Assembly: GCA_013265495.1 (NCBI GenBank)
Contig: MU062035.1
Location: forward strand, 1-64,000
DNA length: 64,000 nt
Origin: Vicugna vicugna
Taxonomy: Eukaryota
Direction: 5' to 3'
Shown in pieces: positions 13,298 to 22,700 of this stretch; within the stretch, counting starts at the first letter, position 1, and every line of letters starts with the position of its first letter. The translations under genes were made by a program, and so were the position numbers. The notes under the pieces are model-generated. The model was not told where the DNA came from, ran no database searches, and saw nothing but the letters and a program-made list of their open reading frames with translations.

Positions 13298-14006
13298 CTG
13301 GTCCACTACAATAGCCACCAACCACATATGGCCATGTCAACTTACATTTGAATTCATTAAAATAAAATAAAATTTAAAACTCAGTTCCTAGTTGCACTAG
13401 CCATATGTGAAGTGCTCATAGTCACATGTGGCTAACGGCTCTCATATTGGACAGTGTAGACTGCAGGCAGACCTCAGAGATGTGGTGGGTTGGGTTCCAG
13501 ACCACAGCAGTGAAGTGAATGCCACAATAAAGCAAGTCAGATGAGTTTTTTGGTTTCCCAGTGCATGTAATAGTCATGCTACTCTGTATTACACTCTATC
13601 AAGTGTGCAATAGCATTATGACTAAAAAAAGGGTACATACCTTAATTTTAAAATACTTTCTTGCAAAAAAAAATGCTGACCATCACCTGAGCCATCAGCA
13701 AGTTGTAGTCTTTTTGCAATAGTAACATTAAAGATCACTGCTCACAGATTGCCATAACAAATATAATAATAAAAAAAAAGTTTGGAATAGTGTGAGAATT
13801 GCCAAAATGAGATACAGAGCCATGAAGTGAGCAATGCTGTTGGAAAAATGGTGCCGAAAGACTTGCTTGACTCAGGGTTGCTATAAACCTTCAATTTGTA
13901 AAAAACGCAGTATCTGCGAAGTGCAATAAAATAAAGTTCAGTAAAATGAGGTATGCCTATGTACAAGCGTCACGTCATCACAGAAAATCCTGTTGGACAG
14001 CGCTAG
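13298..14006 (-). mobile_element. MER3-like hAT MITE split in two (13298-13463 and 13960-14006)
   Basis: tagccaccaaccacatatggcc...gcactagccatatgtgaagtgctcatagtcacatgtggcta...attggacagtgtag, and the remainder catcacagaaaatcctgttggacagcgctag. Confidence 0.7.
13464..13959 (-). mobile_element. Non-autonomous Tigger1 derivative of about 500 bp (TcMar-Tigger; Tigger1a-like)
   Basis: TIRs CAGGCAGACCTC / GAGGTATGCCTA; both Tigger1 ends present (gggttccagaccacagcagtgaag...; aaccttcaatttgtaaaaaacgcagtatctgcgaag) with the interior deleted. Confidence 0.8.
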
Positions 14007-14710
14007 ATCACAAGATAGGGAAGAAAGTTCAACCCCAGGGGAGAGCAAACAGAATGGGAAAAGAGGGAATATTTTAAGAGGTAATGGTTGAGAATATTCC
14101 AGAAATAAACCCACAGATACAGGAAGTGCAACTTATATAAATCAGGATAAATAAAAATAAGTCCACGATTAGTCACTTCATAGTGAAACTGCAGAACACT
14201 AAAGACAAAGAAAAAAATCTTACAAGTAGCTAACAAAAGAAAATCAGACTGGGAGCCAACTTCTCTTTAACAAAAAGGAGAAAGAGATAGTGGAGCAACA
14301 TCTTCCAAATGTGAAAAAAAGGAAAAAACTGCCAACCTAAAACCGTGTAGCCAGCAAAACTCTTTAAGAACAAGGGTGAAAAATAGACTTTTTTTTTAAG
14401 GTCAACAAAAGTCATAAGCGCTTACCACCGAGACACTCTTAATGGAGGAACTTTTACATTGTGTTCTTCAGGAATAAGAAAAGTTATCCCAGAAGTGAGG
14501 TCTGGGACACAAGAAATAAACAAAGAAATCGGTAAACATGTAGGTGAATTATTTTAAGCAAATATTCTCAGTATAAGGTAATCATGATGGCAATAAACTG
14601 TGACAATAAAAAGAATTATCCTGTTTAGTAGAGGACGTTAAGGTATTGCTCGACCCGAGGTTCTGTTGAGTTAAACAGGCACAGTAAGACTTCAAGAGTA
14701 ATTATTAAAG

Positions 14711-14896
14711 AAGGTTGTAGAACTTGAGCATATGTCAGAATCACCTGGGGGGCCTGTTCAGTCACAGATTACTGGGCCCCACCCCTGCAGAGTTTCTGTC
14801 CCAGTTCTGTGGCGGACTCCCAGAATTTTCATTTCTAACAAGTTCCCAGGTTTTGTTGTTCCTCTTGGCCCAGAGACCATGCTTCCAGAACCACTG
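14711..14896 (-). mobile_element. MER5A
   Basis: cagaatcacctggggggcctgtt...gggccccacccc...tttcatttctaacaagttcccagg...agaaccactg. Confidence 0.75.
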
Positions 14897-15099
14897 GACC
14901 AAAAACAGAGAAATAGGAGGCTTAACTTCCAAACCAACAGAGGGGGAGACCAGAACAAGAAAATGAACAAACAAAAATCTTCATCCAGACCCTCTCTGCC
15001 CAGTGAAAATATATTGCAAACCACATACATGATCTTAGATTTTCTGGTAGGGGCATTGAAAAGTAAAATGAAATGGGTGAAATGAGCCTGAATAATATA

Positions 15100-15290
15100 T
15101 ATTTTATTTAACCGAGGATACCCCAAATATTGTCATTTTAGTATGTGATCAATATAAAAACTACGAATGGATAGTTTTTTTTTTTTGTACAAAGTCTTCG
15201 AAATGCAGGGTGTCTTTTCTGCTGAATTTAGAGTGTATTTTGTCCTGTCGGCACTGCTCACCATGGGCTCACCGCACTGTACCGGACAGA
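15100..15290. mobile_element. MER33-like hAT fragment
   Basis: aaatattgtcattttagtatgtgatcaatataaaa...aagtcttcgaaatgcagggtgt. Confidence 0.5.
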
Positions 15291-15350
15291 GCCAGTCTCA
15301 ACTGTGAGTTTCAGGAGCCTGCAGAGGTCAGAGGACCCCACTCAGCCACT

Positions 15351-15369
15351 GAGCGCCCCCTGTAGGCCA
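15351..15369 (-). promoter_or_regulatory. Candidate CTCF site
   Basis: Reverse complement TGGCCTACAGGGGGCGCTC versus consensus TGGCCACCAGGGGGCGCTA (16/19). Confidence 0.5.
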
Positions 15370-15550
15370 GACACCGGGCCCAGCACTTTGCACGCATGTA
15401 TGTGTGGTCTCCCTCAGGCCTCACATAGACCTGTTATCACCCCATGTCACAGATAGGGAAAGCGAGGCTGGGAAAACTGAAAATATCTCCCCAGCATCCT
15501 CTGGCTGGTAAATCCAGCTCTCTCAGAGTCCAAGGCCAATCTTGGAACCT

Positions 15551-15780
15551 CAGGGTTTCTGTCGAGGATTTTCTGTAATCTTTCAGGCCAGAGAGTAAAT
15601 ATTTTAGGCGTTTTGGACCAGACAATCTGTCACCACTACTCAGCTCTCCTATTGTTAACAGGAAAGCAGCCTTAGACAATGTGCGAACAAATGAGCATGG
15701 CGGTGTCCCAGTAACATTTTATTTAGGAAAACGAGGAGAGGGCTGGACTTGGCCCTCACGCTGCGGTTCACCAGCCCCTG
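15551..15780 (-). mobile_element. MER58A
   Basis: ggccagagagtaaatattttaggc...aaagcagccttagacaat...gtgtcccagtaacattttatt...cagcccctg. Confidence 0.75.
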
Positions 15781-16439
15781 TGCTAGGCCAGCAATTTGCA
15801 GGAAACCTCAGTAACCAATTGCTGACGTTCTGTGGTGCGTGCATGTGTTTGGGGTCGGGGAGAGGATGCAGAACCTGTCCTTCCAGGGTCACCACGGTCC
15901 TCCTGGTGTTCAGAAGGATCCGGAGTGTTTGCCTCTTGTTGGCACCTCTCCGGACTTTGCCAGGGGCTCAACCAGCCCCTCTAACTCCACAGCCTTCACG
16001 GAGCTGCCTGGCTATAAACATGAGTTATTCCCACTCTCAAGGCTGAGACAGAGGGGAAATAAAAGCCAGAATTGATGGAATCCCAGACATAATATCTGGC
16101 ACCATAATGCCTACATTTTGGAAATTGCTTTTAATTAATGGTTCATGTCCCCACAGACCCCCACTCCCCACCCCGTCTTCATGCAGCATCCTTTCCTTGG
16201 AGTTCAGTCCTGCGGGGTCGGGGAAGGAGGTGGGCTGGTGAAGAGCTGTCTTTTCTCAGAAGCCAAAACGTTGCTCACATGAACCAAAGTGGCCTCTGGC
16301 ATTCCTCGAGCCTGGACGCCATAAATAATGTGAATTAAAAAGCCAGCTCCCCTCGCAGGCCTGGGCCTGTTAGCTCCAGAGTAACCCACACACACTCTCA
16401 GAGACACACCGAGCTCAGGAAAATACGCACTCACGGGAA

Positions 16440-16625
16440 GTCTGCTTTTTCCCTTTGTCCACTTCTCTGTCATCCCCTCTCCTCAGTCGATCTTTCTGTC
16501 TTTGTGTCTCTGTGGCACTAGTCCTTTCCTGGATGTGCTCTTTCAGCGTCTCTTCCATTCTCTCTCCCTCTCCCTTCATCTCTCTCCTTCCTGTCTTTCC
16601 CCTTCCCATGCCCCTTGATCTTCCT
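16440..16625 (+). repeat. CT-rich low-complexity tract
   Basis: tctctccctctcccttcatctctctccttcctgtctttccccttccc. Confidence 0.7.
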
Positions 16626-16929
16626 TACTCGGGGGACACAGAGCCAAACACTGCAAACACACCCCCTCCCCAGTGGCCTTGACACTGAACAGACAAATCC
16701 ACCCCTGACCTCACAGACAGCCCCGCCCCTCCCACCTGGACCAGGCCGGAGTCCAGTGGGACAATGAATTTCTGCCCAGGTAGGCTTGACAGCAAGTGGG
16801 ACTGGGTCCCCTCTCTAAGCACCTGAGCTGAACTCAAGCCACGTTTCCTTCAGGAATGCAGGGAGACTGAGGCAAATACTGCCAGGTGTCGCCAAAAAGT
16901 GCCTGAGCCCCAGGGGACTTTATTCCCAA

Positions 16930-17120
16930 CAATAACCATCCTTGACTGAATGCCTACTATGGCTTCACACTCAGAATTTATAATAGTTATATTAATCTAG
17001 AAGGTAGATAGTATTAGTATTATTATACCCATTTTTATAGATGGGAAAACTGAGGCTTCGGGAAGTTAAGGAATTTGCCTAAAGTCAAGGTCTGTTCAAT
17101 TCCAAAGCCAGGTCTCTTCC
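16930..17120 (-). mobile_element. MIR SINE
   Basis: cccatttttatagatgggaaaactgaggcttcgggaagttaaggaatttgcctaaagtca. Confidence 0.7.
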
Positions 17121-17989
17121 CACGGGGCTGGTCCAAATGGACAATTCCAACATGTCTTGGAATTTGGGGTAACCAGCTTCGGCCACACATCCTCTCTTAT
17201 CTTCCCATAAGTATGTAACAGAGACAGGACTTCCCAGAAGCATGTAACAAGGCAGAGGTTCTCAGGTCTCTCCAGCCTAAGGAGGACGCCCTTTCGTTAA
17301 CACCTTTGGGACCCAACCAGAAAGGCTTCCTTGCACACCAAGCCTGTCCTTGGGAGTCCAGCTCCAGCAGGAGGGGGCCTCTAGCTGGGCAGCTAACTCT
17401 CTTACCAGGCAGGGACTTGGAGCCCCCAAGCAGGGCTGCAGAGGCAGCTGCCATCTCCACATTCCTGGGCGACATGGCGACATGTGTTCTCATATTGGTG
17501 ACCTGCACAGTCGTGCCCTCTGCTGTTTCCCAGGTTGGGGCGGGGGTCACCTTCCATCCACCTGAGAAGGGAAATATGATAATGTTACAGTAACCTCTCA
17601 CCCTCACCCATCCAGTGCAGACAGGCCCCATCATCCCACTGTCACTGAGTCCACAGTGCAGCCCAGAGGAGGAGGCTGGGGGCAGGAGCAGCACCGTGAC
17701 AACTTTCAGAGGTGAAAACCGAGGCAGGAGGCATCATCTCTGCCCACCCAGAGTGAGGTCACTCTGCCCAGGGCCCTGCTGGACCAGGGGTGACATCCTC
17801 CAGGTCAGGTAGGGCTCCTGGCTGGGCAGTGAGAGGCCCCCAGGTGTTGGGGAGAAAGGTTTTGCTGGAGGTGGGATGAGGGAGAAGCGTGTGGTCACCA
17901 AGCTCTAAAGAGTCGTTTAAATGGAGGGAGGCAAGGGAACTGGGGGAAAGGGCTTTGTAACTTGGAAAAGTAAGATTTCTAGGCTGTGG

Positions 17990-18500
17990 TTTTCTTCAAT
18001 TTCAAAAATAATATAGGCAATGCAGAAAATTTGGGAAACAAAAAAATATGCACACACTCACAAATGCACACTCACACACCCACATTCATGCACGATTACC
18101 CATCACCCCTTTCCAGAGATAAAGACTTTTCAACATTTATCCATCCAGTATTTTATATACGTATACATATATGAGACATGTTACATATATGTATATATTA
18201 CACATATATATACACATTGTACATTATATATATCATATATATTTTTTTAATGTGCTGGGACAGCATTGTACCAGGTATCTTATACTGTGCTTTTTCATTT
18301 GGCAATAGATTATGAACGTTTTCCCATGTCAAAAATATTCTCCTGTGGCAGATTTTTTAACTTAATTGCCTATATTCCAACATACAAATGGAACATCATT
18401 CATTCAGATAAACTGTACCGATAACCATTTATACTGCTTCCTAATTTTTTGACTTTTCCAATTTTTTCCATTGTAAATGTATCCATGTTTATTATGGAAC
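17990..18500 (-). mobile_element. Old L1M (L1ME-like) 3' fragment containing a TA-rich simple repeat (about 18150-18245)
   Basis: Degenerate antisense L1 3'UTR motifs (tactgtgctttttcatttggcaata...ttttcccatgtcaa) around (TA/CA)n. Confidence 0.5.
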
Positions 18501-18959
18501 TTCCATGGTACCCAAAGGTATAGCAAGTGAGAAATAACCGCACACTTCCGAGCTCCAAAAGAAACTTTGTGTTCTTCATACCCATTGTTTTACTATGTGC
18601 CCGATTTGATGGAGAGGCTTTTTTTTTTTTTTACCTCGTTATAACAATTTGTAATATACGCTATCAGTAGGGTCATTTCGAATCAGGCTTTTTTTTTTTT
18701 TAATACTTGTCATTTCTCATGGTATTGAGAGCTGATCTGTTTGGGTTTTCACTTACCTCTACTTTGAGAGATTCCTTTCCCTTCTCCATTGGCTCTTCAC
18801 CGCCTGAACTTGGTGTTACCAGGTGCTGACGCAGCTGATGGGATTGGAAAATGCTGGTGGGTGGATGGTTTTGTCTGCGAGGGCCATTCCAGAAACAGGC
18901 TTCCGTGTGTTAAGGAATAGAACTGAGGCTCTATTTATCCTAGAAATATGAATCACACA

Positions 18960-19230
18960 GTTGCCCAAAGATGACTGCCTCTGTGTTGTTTACAACAGTG
19001 AAAAATGAGGGAAACCCAGGCTCATCAACAGTAGGTGGGTGAAGTAAATTACGGAGCATCCATTTGATGAATCCTGTGCAGTCAAAAGATATTACAGATG
19101 TCTGCTGAGAGGGCAGGATGCGCTCCGCGGTGTAAATGAGAGCAGCGTGTTACCAGACGGAACGCGCCATGCAAACGTGGGGATCTGTGTTTGTAAGCGT
19201 GGGCATTTGTGTATCCCAGAGAATATTCAA
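18960..19230 (+). mobile_element. Old L1M 3' fragment
   Basis: ctctgtgttgtttacaacagtgaaaaatgagggaaaccc...catcaacagtaggtgggtgaagtaaattacggagcatccat. Confidence 0.5.
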
Positions 19231-19563
19231 CTAAATGCTAGCAGCTGCTGCCTCTGGGTAGCGTGGGATTTGGGGTGATTTTCACTTTCTGTTTTGCGTT
19301 TATTCTTTTCTGGATGAAGTTTTCCAAATTCTTTTCTTTGGAGAGGGCATAGATTGCTTTTGTACAAAGGGGAGGGGCAGCAAAACAAGTAAAAACCATT
19401 TTGATTCCTAAAAGAAGAAATGCAGGGCAGGGAGACATCCCTGCCCTCCTCCTGCACCTCCCCGGGGGTGCAGACTCAGGGGGTGCAGCCCGCCCAGTCC
19501 CTGCCCACTGCAGCCCCCACCTGCCCCTCACCCCCTCACCCCACTCCTGCTTGTGTGTTGCAG

Positions 19564-19769
19564 ACTCGGACAGCCAGTGCAGCCCCACGCGCCAGAGCCT
19601 CAGCCTGTCCGAGGGCGAGGAGCAGGTGGACCGGCTGCAGCAGGTGGAGCTGGTCAGGACCACGCCCATGTCCCACTGGAAGGCGGGTACCGTCCAGGCC
19701 TGGCTGGAGGTGGTCATGGCCATGCCCATGTACGTCAAGGCCTGTGCGGAGAACGTGAAGAGTGGGAAG
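19564..19769 (+). CDS. KAZN: KAZN coding exon (about exon 9), start of SAM1
   Basis: ttgcag|ACTCGGAC...AGTGGGAAG|gtaggg; 206 nt; encodes (D)SDSQCSPTRQ...ENVKSGK. Confidence 0.96.
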
Positions 19770-22700
19770 GTAGGGCACCTCCGGGCCCCCGTGGGAATGC
19801 CCCCATCGCCCGCCCTTGAGTCTCACCAGCCCCTCCCCCACCCCACCCCCGGGGTTAGAGAAGCCCTAATTGAGGAGCTGGCTGAACCGGGTTCAGGCTC
19901 CAGGGTCCCCAGTACATCGTCACATCTCCTCAACATGTCCCTTCTGAGCCTCAGCTGTCTCATCTTTAAAATGGGACTAGCCTTCGTTTACCTGGCTGAA
20001 GGGAGCGGGCGCTGGACCAGCGGGAAGTCCACCGCCTCGCGGGGCAGCGGCGCCCAGGCCAGGCGGCTGCGGAGGTGTCCTTGGCGCTGGGCCCTGACTG
20101 CGGGGGGCGGGGCGGCGGGGAGCCAGACGGGGAGAGGCAGCCCGGCCAGCAGCAGCCCCGGAGGCCTCGGGTGCCCACCCCCAAGCCTCCCTTCCGGTGC
20201 TCAGTCCCCACCTCCCGGGAGCAGGTGCTGCTGAGCCTGAGCGACGAGGACCTGGAGCTGGGGCTGGGGGTCTGCAGCTCCCTGCACCGGCGCAAGCTGC
20301 GGCTGGCCATCGAGGACTACCGCGACGCCGAGGCCGGCAGGAGGTGAGCCATGCGCTGCGCCCGCCCGGGAGGGGGAGGAAGGCACCCGGAACTTGGCGT
20401 CACACAGTAGGGGGAAGTGCGTGCTGTAGGCCGGGCCAGGCGTGAGGAGGGCCAGGTCCCGGGAAGTCACTAGGCAGGGTCCGGGTCACAGCCCAGTCCC
20501 ACTCAGGGCCAGCCTTCCCATAGAAAGATGGAGAAGACAATAAATGAGGCCCCTCAATGCTCTATGATCTCCCCAATGAGGGCGTCAGGGGGCTACACGG
20601 GCCCCCCCAGAACGCCTCTGCCTCCGAAGGTGGGCTGGCCCGAGTGCACCTGCGAACTGGCCAAAATATCTGTTCTGTCCACTTCCACCTCAAACCCCAG
20701 CTCTTACCATTTCAGGGTGTGGAAAGACAGCATAAGGCAGGGAAAAGCAAACCCGGACAGAGAAGAAGTGGGCACGATTTGGAGCCAGGCGGGAGGGGGT
20801 TTCTATCAACAAGCACATCTGAGGATGGCTGGAGGGCCCCCGGCAGGTGTGTCGACAGTGAGCCGCCCCGCCCCCACTGCTCATACGCCCTACATACGAG
20901 CTGCCTGCCCCTCTCCTGACCTTTGTGAGCAGGACTTCTTGGGGAGCCCCTCATTCACCAAGCAGCTAGAGGGGGAAAGTGAGGACCCCTGCCCCCAGTC
21001 CTCAGAGTGCAGAGGGGGAAGAAAACTAATGGTAAATCTTACACTTTCTGTTTTGCATAATTATCTCCTTCACTGGTTTCCCCATCATTTTTGTGCAGTT
21101 AATTAATCAAACCTGGTGGTGTGTGCTATTTGCATAAGCAGCTTTGTGGATTAAAAAAAAAGGCGGAGGGGCAAGGAGTGGAAAGTTGGGCTGGTTCAGA
21201 AATAAGAAAAGCAAACTCCTGGGTGTCTGGAGAGGGCCCTTGGCCTGATTCCTTGTGATTCCGAGATGGGAGGAAATAGAGGTGAGGTGAGATCAGACAC
21301 TCAGGCAGCGACTCACGGCAGGAAGGCCCTGGGCCTTATCAACAGGTCAGGGCCCTCCTAGAAGACAGGGCTGGTGGGGAGGGTCAGAGGAGTGGGGAGG
21401 TGGGGCGGGGGAGGGGAGCACAGGGTGCCAGCGTGTACCCCTCCCCTGCCGAGCTTCCCCTCCTCGGGTCCCACAGGCACCTCACACTCACCACCCGCCC
21501 CCACCCAGGGCCCTTCCCGAATCCCCAAACTAGAAGCGCCTCCCACCCTGTCTCATTCCAACACGGTCATTGTTACTTGAACAGGGTGTGGCTGCCTGCC
21601 TCACCTCTCAAAAATGTGGGAATGATGCTCAAGTTTCCCCCAAACTCGGATGAACCCTGAGAACCTCCCTGCACCTGGAAAGGGATGGATTCAACTCAGC
21701 AGCCAGATGTGAACAGATCTTAAACAACTGAGAGCTGTAAGCGGGACTGAAAACCACGGACCGCCCCCTAGGGCTTCCTGGAGAAGCAAGGGGCCTTCGT
21801 CTGAGGGCTTTGCTCCCTGTGGGGTCCTGGCCAGCCTCTAACTTGCCCTGTGAACTTGCCTTCTCTGCAACTCAGTCTCCTCACCTGTAAGTGAAGGGGG
21901 TTAAATTAAGACAGAGGATCCTTAACTTTGGGAGATCATGTCCTCTTTGAGAATCTAATAAAAACTTCTGAAACTTGCCCCAAAAGAAATATACAGATCC
22001 TTACAACTTTGCATTCTGGAACCCTCTGACCTACCCATGGAACTTTGAGGGGTCTGTGAACTCTAGGGTAAGAACCCCGGTGAGGTCATCGTCGAGAACA
22101 CATCCTGTGTGACTCTGGGCATGACCTTGCCCTCTCTGGGCCTGGTTCCCCTTAATACTGACAACAAAATCCACCAACAACTGCCAACCCATCACCTGTT
22201 ACTTTATGGGCATGATTTTATTTAACCATCATGACATCAATGCGGGATAGACACTCTTACCCCCATTTTAAAGATGGAGAAAGTGAAGCCCAGAGAAATA
22301 ATGGGTGCAAAGTCACAGTACAAAGCATCTGACTTTGACATCAATTCCCTTTCCATTACCCCAAGCTGCCTTTGTGTTAAAAACATTAATGATGTCTCCT
22401 GTAATTAGCTACTGACATTTGTGAAACACTGAATGCGTCCCAGATCCTGTGATAGGGGTTTTACCTTCTCTTATCTCTTTGAGTCCACACAACTCCACGA
22501 AGCAAGCAGAAAACCCCATTTTACAGAGGAGGAAACTGGGACATAGAGGCGCAAGGTCTCGGACCTAAGGGAGATCCAGCCAATATGGCCTCATGTTTTC
22601 TGTGCTGGATAATGACCCAGAGGACATCAAAATTCTGTGCTGAAATTCAGATTTCAAAGTCGAATCCGGTCCCAGTTTGGGGAGTGGGGTAGTGTCAAAT

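Larger units (their letters stand above)
12930..14560 (+). mobile_element. Old L1 (ORF1-region remnant) interrupted by MER3 and a Tigger1 derivative
   Basis: A-rich degenerate ORF1-like sequence (gagaatattccagaaataaac, catagtgaaactgcagaacactaaagacaaagaaaaaatctt, ccagcaaaactc) on both sides of the DNA transposons. Confidence 0.6.
19560..20460. promoter_or_regulatory. Intragenic CpG-rich island over KAZN exons 9-10
   Basis: CpG clusters also in intronic sequence (about 20000-20200 and 20350-20450); GGGGCGGGG at 20104-20112. Confidence 0.5.

Noticed and set aside
20219-20224. NAGNAG (GAG CAG) tandem acceptor at exon 10
   Set aside because: GAG is a rarely used acceptor, and CAG gives the known kazrin sequence.
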